From positions 1-49,703 of the forward strand of contig CALINZ010000197.1 in assembly GCA_938045085.1 (NCBI GenBank): a stretch of 49,703 nt of DNA, in the 5' to 3' direction. The stretch is from an uncultured Collinsella sp. (GTDB lineage Bacteria > Actinomycetota > Coriobacteriia > Coriobacteriales > Coriobacteriaceae). Shown one piece after another: positions 9,410 through 18,421 of this stretch; the first letter of the stretch is position 1; every line of letters begins with the position of its first letter. The position numbers and the translations under genes are program-made. The notes under the pieces are model-generated. The model was not told the origin of the DNA. It made no database searches and saw only the letters and a program-made list of their open reading frames with translations.

Positions 9410-10714
9410 ATGCAGACGATCTACCAGAAGATGGAAACCACCGAACTCGATGCCGCCATCGAGGCGCTCAAAGCCGAGGTCGCCGAGGTCAAGGCCAAGG
9501 GCCTGGCGCTCGACATGGCCCGCGGCAAGCCGTCGCCCTCCCAGGTGGACATCTCTCGACCCATGCTCGATATCCTCAATGCCGATGCCGATCTGCACGA
9601 CGGCAACGTCGACTGCTCAAACTACGGTTGCTTTGAGGGCATTCCCTCGGCGCGCAAGCTGGCGGGGGAGTTCCTGGGTTGCCCTGCCGAGCAGACGCTC
9701 GTACTGGGTTCGTCGAGCCTTCTGATCGAGCACGATATCGCCGGCATGTTTTGGCGCTGCGGTTCGTGCGGCAGCGAGCCCTGGGAGGCTTACGAGGCCG
9801 CGCACGACGGCAAGAAAGTCAAGTTCCTGTGCCCTGTTCCCGGCTACGACCGTCACTTTGGCATCACCGCCGACCTGGGTATCGAGAATGTCCCCGTCGC
9901 GATGACCGACAACGGCCCCGACATGGACGAGGTCGAGCGTCTGGTTGCCGCCGACGACTCCATCAAGGGCATCTGGTGCGTGCCCAAGTATTCCAACCCC
10001 ACGGGCATCACCTTTAGCGAGGACACCGTGCGTCGCCTGGTCGAGATGCCCACGGCCGCGCCCGATTTCCGCATCTTTTGGGACAACGCCTACTGCGTGC
10101 ACGACCTGTACGACGAGACCGACGAGCTCGCCAATATCTTCGACCTCGCTCGCGCGGCGGGCACCGAGGACCGCGTGGTGGCTTTTGCCTCGACGTCCAA
10201 GATTACCTTCCCGGGCGCCGGCATCGGCTTCATCGGTGCGAGCCCCGCGGTCATCGCCGAGTTCTCCAAGCGCCTGAAGGCCGGCCTCATCAGCGCCGAC
10301 AAGCTCAACCAGCTGCGCCACGTGCGCTTCCTTCCCACCATCGAGGCGGTCAAGGAGCACATGAAAAAGCATGCCGAGTTCCTGCGTCCGCGCTTTGAGG
10401 CCGTTGAGCGCAAGCTCACCGAGGGCCTGGGCGATACGGGCTGTGCCACCTGGACGCACCCCCGCGGCGGCTACTTTGTAAGCTTCGATGGTCCCGAGGG
10501 CTCGGCCCAGAAGGTCGCCGCGCTTTGCGCCGACCTGGGCGTCAAGCTCACGCCGGCCGGTGCCACCTGGCCCTATGGCAAGGATCCGCGCGATACCAAC
10601 ATCCGTATTGCGCCGAGCTATCCCACGGTCGAGGACCTGGAGGCCGCGCTCGACGTGCTGGTGCTGGCCGTTAAGCTTGTCGCTGCCGAGCTTGCTCGTG
10701 CCGAGCGCGCCTAA
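9410..10714 (+). CDS. PLP-dependent class I/II aminotransferase (actinobacterial aspartate aminotransferase type)
   Basis: LDMARGKPS, CPVPGYDRHF, VPKYSNPTG, WDNAY, STSKIT (PLP lysine), NIRIAPS. Confidence 0.88.
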   Translation: MQTIYQKMETTELDAAIEALKAEVAEVKAKGLALDMARGKPSPSQVDISRPMLDILNADADLHDGNVDCSNYGCFEGIPSARKLAGEFLGCPAEQTLVLGSSSLLIEHDIAGMFWRCGSCGSEPWEAYEAAHDGKKVKFLCPVPGYDRHFGITADLGIENVPVAMTDNGPDMDEVERLVAADDSIKGIWCVPKYSNPTGITFSEDTVRRLVEMPTAAPDFRIFWDNAYCVHDLYDETDELANIFDLARAAGTEDRVVAFASTSKITFPGAGIGFIGASPAVIAEFSKRLKAGLISADKLNQLRHVRFLPTIEAVKEHMKKHAEFLRPRFEAVERKLTEGLGDTGCATWTHPRGGYFVSFDGPEGSAQKVAALCADLGVKLTPAGATWPYGKDPRDTNIRIAPSYPTVEDLEAALDVLVLAVKLVAAELARAERA

Positions 10715-10780
10715 CGCCTAGGGCCCCGCAAGTCCGCGCCCAGTACTATCCGCACTTTCGATACGTAAAGGAGCGTATAC

Positions 10781-11095
10781 ATGGATTTGGGTATTTCCAC
10801 CAACCCCACGCCGGAGATCTACACCATTAAGGTAACCGGCGAGATCGATATCTCTAACGCCGATAGCCTGCGCAATGCTATCGACCTGGCGCTCGAGCAG
10901 CCCACTGAGGCCGTTGAGCTCGATTTTGCCCAGGTGAGCTACATCGATTCGACGGGCATTGGCGTGCTCGTGGGCGCCGCGCACCACGCGGTCGACCACG
11001 GTAAGCGCTTTAGCTGCACTAATGTGCAGCCCCAGGTGATGCGCGTGGTTCAGCTGCTGGGCGTCGACCAGGAGATTTCGATCACGGCGGCATAA
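10781..11095 (+). CDS. STAS-domain anti-sigma-factor antagonist
   Basis: GEIDI and VSYIDSTGIGVL (phospho-Ser motif). Confidence 0.88.
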   Translation: MDLGISTNPTPEIYTIKVTGEIDISNADSLRNAIDLALEQPTEAVELDFAQVSYIDSTGIGVLVGAAHHAVDHGKRFSCTNVQPQVMRVVQLLGVDQEISITAA

Positions 11096-11248
11096 TCTTT
11101 GCCCCCAAAAGGGCGTGCCGTTTGGCATATGTTTGTGATGCGCTCGGACGTTTTGGCGTCCGGGCGCTATACTTGACCGAATGAATAGACGAGTTCCGGC
11201 CGAATGGCGCGGTGCGGGCTCGACTCACATCGAGCCTTGGAGGTATGT

Positions 11249-11830
11249 GTGTTTGGTATTGGAGAGGGTGAGCTGGCAATCATCGTGGTCTTCGGCTTTT
11301 TGCTGTTTGGCCCGGATAAGCTCCCGCAGATGGGCCGCACGATCGGCCGTGCCATCCGTCAGTTCCGCGAGACGCAGGAAAAGATGACGGCCGTTGTTCA
11401 GTCCGAGATCATCGATCCGGTAAGCGAGGCTGCTTCGGCTCCGGTCAAGCCCAAGAAGGCTGCCGTCGATGACGATTCCGATGCGGACGATGATGCCGTC
11501 GAGACGGTCGCGCCCGCAAAGAAGGAGACCTTTGCCGAGCGCCGTGCCCGCCTTGCCGCCGAGAAGGCTGCGAGCGAGGGTGCCACCGAGGACGAAGGTA
11601 TTGCCGAGGAGGCCAAGGGTGCAGAGCCTGCCGCCGCTGCTGCTGCCGCAGCCGAGCCCGAGCCTGCTGCAGAGCCGGAGCCCGAGCCCGAGCCGGCAGA
11701 GCCCACGACGGCTGACCTCTACGCCCGTCGTCCCCGTAAGCGCAAGGCTGTCGTCGACCAGCTCGCTCGCGAGCTCGAGGCCGAGGACGACGCCGCTGCC
11801 GCCGACGCCCCGAAGGGAGGCGATGAGTAA
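11249..11830 (+). CDS. tatB: Twin-arginine translocase TatA/TatB-family subunit with long acidic tail
   Basis: GTG start after GGAGG; MFGIGEGELAIIVVFGFLLFGPDKLP (TM helix and GP hinge), amphipathic helix; stop overlaps the tatC start. Confidence 0.85.
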   Translation: MFGIGEGELAIIVVFGFLLFGPDKLPQMGRTIGRAIRQFRETQEKMTAVVQSEIIDPVSEAASAPVKPKKAAVDDDSDADDDAVETVAPAKKETFAERRARLAAEKAASEGATEDEGIAEEAKGAEPAAAAAAAAEPEPAAEPEPEPEPAEPTTADLYARRPRKRKAVVDQLARELEAEDDAAAADAPKGGDE

Positions 11831-12621
11831 TGCCTATCGGACCTGCGCGTATGCCGCTCTTCGATCACCTGGGAGAGCTCCGTCGCCGCCTGACCATCGT
11901 GGTCGTGTCGGTGTTCGCCGCCGCTATCGTGCTGTATTTCGCCACGCCTGTGGTGCTCGACATCCTGGAAGATCCCATCCGCTCCTTTGTGCCGGACGGT
12001 AAGTTCTACATCACTACCACGCTCGGCGGCTTTGGCTTGCGCTTCTCGCTGGCCATCAAGATGGCCGTGGTCATGTGCACGCCCATGATCATCTGGCAGA
12101 TTCTGGCGTTTTTCCTGCCGGCGCTTCGCCCCAACGAGCGCAAGTGGGTCGTGCCCACGGTGCTCGCCTCGACGGTGCTGTTCTTCCTGGGTGCCATCTT
12201 CTGCTACTTCATCATCATTCCTGCGGGCTTTGAGTGGCTCATCGGCGAGACCTCGGCCGTCGCTACGGCACTGCCCGATCTGGAGAACTACGTCAACATG
12301 GAGCTGCTCTTTATGATCGGCTTTGGCGTGGCGTTTGAGCTGCCGCTCATCATCTTCTATCTGTCCGTCTTCCACATCGTGTCCTACGCTGCTTTCCGCG
12401 GTGCCTGGCGTTATGTATACGTTGGCCTGCTCGTGGGTTCGGCTGTGATCACGCCCGACGGCTCGCCCGTTACGCTGGGTCTCATGTATGGCGCCCTGCT
12501 CTCGCTCTACGAGATTTCGCTCGCCATCGCCCGTGTGGTCATTACCGCGCGCGAGGGCAAGGAGGGCCTGTTTGTGAGTCGTCTGGACCTGTTCTCGGAC
12601 GATGAGGACGACGAGGAGTAA
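11830..12621 (+). CDS. tatC: Twin-arginine translocase TatC
   Basis: MPLFDHLGELRRRL, FFLPALRPNERK, FGVAFELP, ITPDG, LYEIS. Confidence 0.95.
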   Translation: MPIGPARMPLFDHLGELRRRLTIVVVSVFAAAIVLYFATPVVLDILEDPIRSFVPDGKFYITTTLGGFGLRFSLAIKMAVVMCTPMIIWQILAFFLPALRPNERKWVVPTVLASTVLFFLGAIFCYFIIIPAGFEWLIGETSAVATALPDLENYVNMELLFMIGFGVAFELPLIIFYLSVFHIVSYAAFRGAWRYVYVGLLVGSAVITPDGSPVTLGLMYGALLSLYEISLAIARVVITAREGKEGLFVSRLDLFSDDEDDEE

Positions 12622-12627
12622 ATCGGT

Positions 12628-12984
12628 ATGCACGAGGTTGGCATTGTCAACGGCATACTCGATACAGTGATTCGCGCGGCGCGTGGGGCGGGGGCCTCGC
12701 GCGCCGTTTTGGTAACGCTGCGTATCGGGGATATGACCGAGGTCGTGCGCGAGGCGCTCGACTTTGCCTGGGAGACGTTTCGCGACGAGGACCCGCTCAC
12801 GCGCGGCTGCGAGCTTGCCGTGGAGGAGGTCCATCCACAAAGCGAGTGCCTGGACTGCGGCGAGGTCTTTGATCACGACCGTTTCCATTGTCGCTGTCCC
12901 CAGTGTGGCGGCGCCAACGTGCGCCTGCTGCACGGCCGCGAGCTCGACATCGCCAGTATCGAAATCGAAACCCCCGACGATTAA
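12628..12984 (+). CDS. hypA: Hydrogenase nickel metallochaperone HypA
   Basis: MHE N-terminus, two CxxC motifs (CLDC, CPQC), GRELDIASIE. Confidence 0.95.
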   Translation: MHEVGIVNGILDTVIRAARGAGASRAVLVTLRIGDMTEVVREALDFAWETFRDEDPLTRGCELAVEEVHPQSECLDCGEVFDHDRFHCRCPQCGGANVRLLHGRELDIASIEIETPDD

Positions 12985-13037
12985 CCCGCCAGCCACTGGG
13001 GATGGGGTATAAATGGTAGAAGTAAGGAGCGCTAAGT

Positions 13038-13721
13038 ATGGCTGAGAAAACGATTGATATCGCGTCGCCGATTCTGTCGCGCAATGAGCGCCTGGCAGAT
13101 CAGCTGCGACAGCGATTTGATGAGACAGGCACCTATGTGATCAATGTGTTGTCGAGCCCTGGCTCGGGCAAGACCACTACGATTCTGGGCACCAACGAGC
13201 ACCTGCGCGACAAGGCCGGCTTGCGCTGCGCCGTCATCGAGGGCGACATCGCCTCGGATGTCGATGCCATTACCATGAAGGAAGCCGGCATGCCCGCCAT
13301 CCAGATCAACACGGGCGGCCTGTGCCACCTTGAGGGCAATATGATCATGGAGGCCGTTGACGCGTTCGACCGGGCCGTTGGGCTCGATAACATCGATGTC
13401 ATCTTTATCGAAAACGTGGGTAACCTGGTCTGCCCAGTCGACTTTGACCTGGGTGAGAACCTGTCCATCATGATCCTCTCGGTGCCCGAGGGCGACGACA
13501 AGCCCATCAAGTACCCGGGCATCTTCCAGCACGCTGGCGCGCAGCTGCTCAACAAGGTCGACGTGGCTCCGGCTTTCGATTTTGACATGGATAGGTATAC
13601 TAAGACACTCGATGACCTCAATCCGCAGGCGCCGCGGTTTGCCGTGAGCGCGCGCAAGGGCGAGGGCATGGATGCCTGGTGCGATTGGCTCATCGGGCAG
13701 ATTGAGCAAGCAAGGGCGTAA
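13038..13721 (+). CDS. hypB: Hydrogenase nickel incorporation GTPase HypB
   Basis: SSPGSGKTT, VIEGD, CHL, ENVGNLVCP, SVPEGDDKPIKYP, NKVD. Confidence 0.95.
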   Translation: MAEKTIDIASPILSRNERLADQLRQRFDETGTYVINVLSSPGSGKTTTILGTNEHLRDKAGLRCAVIEGDIASDVDAITMKEAGMPAIQINTGGLCHLEGNMIMEAVDAFDRAVGLDNIDVIFIENVGNLVCPVDFDLGENLSIMILSVPEGDDKPIKYPGIFQHAGAQLLNKVDVAPAFDFDMDRYTKTLDDLNPQAPRFAVSARKGEGMDAWCDWLIGQIEQARA

Positions 13722-13775
13722 GTCGGCCGCCATACGGGCGGGCGTAGCCGCAGAGATACGAGATAGGAGCCTCTT

Positions 13776-16370
13776 TTGAAGCTCATCATCGCCGAGAAAA
13801 ACGACGCCGCGCGTCAGATTGCCGAGCGTCTGTCCACGGGCAAGCCCAAAAAGGACAAGGTGTACAACACCGCCATCTACCGTTTTGAGTGGAAGGGCGA
13901 GGAGTGCGTGACCATCGGCCTTGCCGGTCACATCCTAGCGCCCGATTTTTGCGACAGCGTGCTGTTCGATAAAAAGCTGGGCTGGTATTCGGTCACCGAG
14001 GACGGCGAGATGCTGCCGGCCGACATACCCGATGGCCTGGCGCGTCCGCCCTACGACACCAAGCGCAAGCCGTTTCTTGCCGATGGCATCTCAATCAAGG
14101 GCTGGAAACTCGAGAGCCTGCCTTACCTCACCTGGGCGCCCGTCATTAAGCTACCGGCCGAGAAGGAACTCATTCGTTCGCTCAAGAACCTCGCCAAGAA
14201 GTCCGACAGTGTCATCATCGCCACGGACTTCGATCGCGAGGGCGAGCTGATCGGTTCGGACGCCCTCAACAAGGTGCGCGAGGTTGCGCCCGACCTGCCG
14301 GTCGCCCGCGCCCAGTATTCTTCGTTTACCAAGGCCGAGATCACGCAGGCCTTCGATAATCTCGTCTCGCTCGACCAGAATCTGGCCGACGCCGGCGAGA
14401 GCCGCCAGCACATCGACCTCATTTGGGGTGCGGTGCTCACGCGCTACCTGACGCTCGCCAAGTTTGGCGGCTTTGGTAACGTGCGCTCTGCTGGCCGTGT
14501 GCAGACGCCGACGCTTGCCCTGGTGGTCGAGCGCGAGCGCGAGCGCATGGCGTTTGTGCCCGAGGACTATTGGCAGATCCGCGGCATGGGCGCCGCACAG
14601 GGTGCTGCCGAGGACGACCGCTTTAAGATTGCGCACAAGACGGCGCGCTTTACCGACAAGGATGCTGCTGAGGCGGCGTACGGCCACGTTGACGGCGTTG
14701 CGACGGCAACCGTCGCCGCGGTGACCAAGCGTTCGCGCAAGCAGCAGCCGCCCACGCCGTTTGCGACCACCTCGCTGCAGGCTGCCGCCGCAGCCGAGGG
14801 CATCTCACCTGCGCGTACCATGCGCATCGCCGAGTCCCTCTACATGGCCAGTCTCATCAGCTACCCGCGTGTCGACAATACCGTGTACCCTGCGACGCTC
14901 GATCTGGGCGCCGTGGTGAGCGACCTTGCAAAGATCAACCCGGCGCTGGCGCCCGTGTGCAAAAAGGTGCTCGCCGGCCCCATGAAGCCCACGCGCGGCA
15001 AAGTCGAAACCACCGACCACCCGCCTATCTATCCCACGGGCGAGGGCGATCCGTCCGCGCTCGACGGTGGCCAGCGCAAGCTCTACGACCTCATCGCCCG
15101 TCGCTTCCTGGCAACGCTCATGGGTCCCGCGACCATCGAGAACACCAAGCTCGAGCTCGACGTCAATGGTGAGCCGTTCGTGGCTTCGGGCGATGTGCTC
15201 GTGACCCCGGGTTTCCGCGAGGCGTATCCGTATGGACTCAAGCGCGACGAGCAGATGCCGCCGCTGGAGCAGGGCGATGCGGTCGACGTGTTCGACATTA
15301 AGCTCGAGGCCAAGCAGACCGAGCCGCCCGCACGCTACAGCCAGGGCAAGCTCGTGCAGGAGATGGAAAAGCGCGGCCTGGGCACCAAGTCCACGCGCGC
15401 GAGCATCATCGAGCGCCTGTACGCCGTGCGCTATCTCAAAAACGATCCCGTGGAGCCGAGCCAGCTGGGCATCGCCATCATCGATGCACTGTCGCAGTTT
15501 GCCCCGCGCATCACGAGCCCCGATATGACCAGCGAGCTCGACGGCGACATGACCCGCGTGGAGCGCGGCGAGGACACCGAAGAGCATGTCGTGACGCACT
15601 CGCGCGCGCTGCTGGCCGGTGTGCTCGACGAGCTGCTCAAGCATACGCAGGAACTGGGCGATGCTATCAGCGACGCCGTCACGGCCGATGCGCGCGTGGG
15701 CGCCTGCCCCAAGTGCGGCAAGGACTTGGTTATGAAGACGAGCGCCAAGACCCGCGGCAGCTTTATCGGCTGCATGGGCTGGCCCGACTGCGATGTGACC
15801 TATCCGGTGCCGAGCGGCGTCAAGGTGAGCCCGCTCGAGGGCGAGGCTGCTGTGTGCCCCGAATGCGGTGCGCCGCGCATTAAGTGCCAGCCGTTCCGCC
15901 AAAAGGCTTTCGAGATTTGCGTGAACCCCACATGCCCCACCAACTACGAGCCCGACCTTAAGGTGGGCGAGTGCAAGGTGTGCGCCGAGGCAGGACGCCA
16001 TGGCGACCTGATCGCACACAAGAGCGAGAAGAGCGGCAAGCGCTTTATCCGCTGCACCAACTATGACGACTGCGGCGTGAGCTATCCGCTGCCGGCGCGT
16101 GGCAAGCTCGAGGCGACGGGCGAGACCTGCCCCGAGTGCGGCGCCCCCATCGTGGTGGTCAACACCGCGCGCGGCCCGTGGCGCATCTGCGTGAACATGG
16201 ACTGCCCGACCAAGGAGAAGAAGCCCGCCCGCGGCCGCAAGACCACGACCAAGGCGAGCGCGGCGAAGAAGACCTCGACTGCGAAGAAGACGACGGCTAA
16301 GAAAGCCACTGCCGCCAAGAAGACGACCGCGAAGAAGTCGACTGCCAAGAAAGCAGCCGCCGACAAGTAA
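13776..16370 (+). CDS. topA: Type IA DNA topoisomerase with C-terminal zinc ribbons and Lys/Ala/Thr tail
   Basis: TOPRIM (IIAEK, ATDFDREGE), SAGRVQ, catalytic ISYPR, GLGTKSTR, several CPxC repeats, AKKT repeats. TTG start. Confidence 0.93.
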   Translation: MKLIIAEKNDAARQIAERLSTGKPKKDKVYNTAIYRFEWKGEECVTIGLAGHILAPDFCDSVLFDKKLGWYSVTEDGEMLPADIPDGLARPPYDTKRKPFLADGISIKGWKLESLPYLTWAPVIKLPAEKELIRSLKNLAKKSDSVIIATDFDREGELIGSDALNKVREVAPDLPVARAQYSSFTKAEITQAFDNLVSLDQNLADAGESRQHIDLIWGAVLTRYLTLAKFGGFGNVRSAGRVQTPTLALVVERERERMAFVPEDYWQIRGMGAAQGAAEDDRFKIAHKTARFTDKDAAEAAYGHVDGVATATVAAVTKRSRKQQPPTPFATTSLQAAAAAEGISPARTMRIAESLYMASLISYPRVDNTVYPATLDLGAVVSDLAKINPALAPVCKKVLAGPMKPTRGKVETTDHPPIYPTGEGDPSALDGGQRKLYDLIARRFLATLMGPATIENTKLELDVNGEPFVASGDVLVTPGFREAYPYGLKRDEQMPPLEQGDAVDVFDIKLEAKQTEPPARYSQGKLVQEMEKRGLGTKSTRASIIERLYAVRYLKNDPVEPSQLGIAIIDALSQFAPRITSPDMTSELDGDMTRVERGEDTEEHVVTHSRALLAGVLDELLKHTQELGDAISDAVTADARVGACPKCGKDLVMKTSAKTRGSFIGCMGWPDCDVTYPVPSGVKVSPLEGEAAVCPECGAPRIKCQPFRQKAFEICVNPTCPTNYEPDLKVGECKVCAEAGRHGDLIAHKSEKSGKRFIRCTNYDDCGVSYPLPARGKLEATGETCPECGAPIVVVNTARGPWRICVNMDCPTKEKKPARGRKTTTKASAAKKTSTAKKTTAKKATAAKKTTAKKSTAKKAAADK

Positions 16371-16392
16371 CGGCGCAGTCGAAACATTGCCC

Positions 16393-16432
16393 AAAAAACG
16401 AGCGAGGGTCCCATGATCCTCGCTCGTTTTTT
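16393..16432. terminator. Bidirectional terminator
   Basis: AAAAAACGAGCGAG...CTCGCTCGTTTTTT between convergent genes. Confidence 0.8.
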
Positions 16433-16434
16433 GA

Positions 16435-16493
16435 CCGGCAGTTAGGGACATTCCTTTTTCTGCCGGCAGTTTAGGAACGTCCCTAACTGCCGG
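16435..16493. repeat. REP-like inverted doublet
   Basis: CCGGCAGTTAGGGACATTCCT (16435-16455) vs the reverse complement of 16473-16493: 20/21 match. Confidence 0.75.
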
Positions 16494-16511
16494 CTTGGAA
16501 ACGACAAGGCG

Positions 16512-17495
16512 TTAGTTCACTTCGACGGGTTTGGCGCCGGGATAGCGCTCCTCAAAGTCTAGGCGGTACTTATTGTCATTGGTGCCCGCCACGTTGTCGC
16601 GCGACAGCGGCGCCACGATCTCGTTCTTATGGTCCGCGGGCTTTGCGTACTTTAAGCTGATCTCCCAGGCATCGCAGATCGCATCGATGCGGTGATCCAG
16701 GTCGTCGTACAGAGCAATGATGTCCTTCCACGAGCTGTAGTTCTTAGAGCTTGTGGGGACGTCCAGGTCCTCGACGATATCGTAGTACTGCTCGATGGTG
16801 TCTTCCGTGCGCTCGGCGACGTCGGCGAGATTTTGACGGGCGGTACGGTCCTCTTCCAGATAACCGCCATTGAACGCCTCTGCGCAGGCACGGACCTGGT
16901 TATCGAGATCTTCGAGCAGGTCGTAGTATTCGCTCAGGCGACGGTAGAGGTTTTGCTCGGAGAGGGTCGCCTGGCTGCCATCCTCGTCATCATCGTCGTC
17001 ATCGTCAAAAAGGCTATTGGGGTCGTCGAGAGGCTTGAGGTCATCATCGTCAACATCATGGTGCAGCTTAGTAATCTCGGCAGTCGTTTGCGTGGCGGCG
17101 TTGTCGAAAGGCTTGATCACAAAAAAGATGACCAAGGCGATGATAATTGCCACGAGCACAACGATAACGGCGATAAGCGCCTTGGTGCTGCTCTTTTTGG
17201 CGGCGGGGGCCTGCGGTGAATCAGGCGCGTACGTAGATGCCGGTTGCTGTTGGGGCGGGGTGTCCGCGACGGGTATGCGCTGCGTCGTTTCGACCGCTGC
17301 GGGGCTGGCGGCGGGGTCGGGGCGATAGGCGAGGGGGTCGTCCGGCTTAGCTTGCGGCGTATCGAGGAAGCCGGTCTGCTCAAACGCGGGTTGGCCATTG
17401 CTTGCGGTTGTCTGCTCAACGGGTGCACCGCATGAGGTGCAGAACTTGGCATCATCTGCAAGAAGTTTGCCGCACGAGGCGCAATACCGAGACAT
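16512..17495 (-). CDS. Zinc-ribbon single-pass membrane protein, function unknown
   Basis: AAGGAG RBS; N-terminal CASC...CTSC ribbon, Pro/Gln/Ala linker, one TM helix (ALIAVIVVLVAIIIALVIFFVI), acidic linker, helical C-terminal domain. Confidence 0.8.
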   Translation of the reverse strand: MSRYCASCGKLLADDAKFCTSCGAPVEQTTASNGQPAFEQTGFLDTPQAKPDDPLAYRPDPAASPAAVETTQRIPVADTPPQQQPASTYAPDSPQAPAAKKSSTKALIAVIVVLVAIIIALVIFFVIKPFDNAATQTTAEITKLHHDVDDDDLKPLDDPNSLFDDDDDDDEDGSQATLSEQNLYRRLSEYYDLLEDLDNQVRACAEAFNGGYLEEDRTARQNLADVAERTEDTIEQYYDIVEDLDVPTSSKNYSSWKDIIALYDDLDHRIDAICDAWEISLKYAKPADHKNEIVAPLSRDNVAGTNDNKYRLDFEERYPGAKPVEVN

Positions 17496-17563
17496 TGCCA
17501 CTCCTTTCGCCACATTTCAATGCAATACGACGATTATACCCAGCGTCCAAAATTCCCCATCAT

Positions 17564-17632
17564 AAGTTGCGGTGAAATAGGGACTGTTTGGCGGTCTCAG
17601 AGCTTCAATCAGTCCCTATTTCACCGCAACTT
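17564..17632. repeat. Perfect 23-bp inverted repeat
   Basis: AAGTTGCGGTGAAATAGGGACTG (17564-17586) and CAGTCCCTATTTCACCGCAACTT (17610-17632), 23-nt spacer. Confidence 0.9.
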
Positions 17633-17736
17633 TGGAAAGGCACCTTTAGCCATTGGGGACGCACCGAGCACTGGGGTATCATGGCTTGGTTGATATATAT
17701 CTGCATTTACGCGCCTTGTAGGAAGGGGCTGCGCCC

Positions 17737-18420
17737 ATGGCTTTTGAGCCCGCTCAACATAGCTTTATCACGCTCGAGGGCGTCGATGGCGCCGGCAAGT
17801 CCACGCAGGCGCGCCTGCTTGCCCGCGCTCTTGAACTCGCTGGCTACCAGGTTGTGAGCCTGCGCGAGCCGGGCGGTACCGCCATCAGCGAAAAGATCCG
17901 TGCTCTGCTGCTCGACCCCGCCAATACAGCGATGGGCGACACCTGCGAGTTGTTGCTCTACGAGGCGGCGCGCGCTCAGTTGGTGCACGAGGTCATAGCT
18001 CCCGCCCTCGCGGCCGGCAAGGTGGTCCTGTGCGACCGCTTCTACGATTCCACGACCTGCTACCAGGCATTTGCCGACGGCCTCGATCGCCAGATAGTGT
18101 GCGATGCCAATAACCTGGCCGTCGCGGGAACACACCCGGCGCTCACGCTCGTCTACCACATCACGCCCGAGCAGGCGGCGCTACGCATGGCAGCCCGTGG
18201 CGCGGCAGATCGCATGGAGGCAAAAGGCATGACATTCCAGGAGCGTGTTTACCAGGGATTTTGCGCCATTGCTGCCGAGGAGCCAAACCGCGTAAAGCTC
18301 ATCGACGCCACTGCGACCGTCGAGGAAGTCTTCGAGAAGACGGTCGAGCAGATTCGCGCGTACGGTCTCGTCATTTCGCAAGATGCTGTCGCCGCCGCGC
18401 TTGCCAAGGAGGCCGAGTAA
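17737..18420 (+). CDS. tmk: Thymidylate kinase
   Basis: FITLEGVDGAGKSTQ, REPGGT, LCDRF. Confidence 0.95.
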   Translation: MAFEPAQHSFITLEGVDGAGKSTQARLLARALELAGYQVVSLREPGGTAISEKIRALLLDPANTAMGDTCELLLYEAARAQLVHEVIAPALAAGKVVLCDRFYDSTTCYQAFADGLDRQIVCDANNLAVAGTHPALTLVYHITPEQAALRMAARGAADRMEAKGMTFQERVYQGFCAIAAEEPNRVKLIDATATVEEVFEKTVEQIRAYGLVISQDAVAAALAKEAE

Positions 18421-18421
18421 C

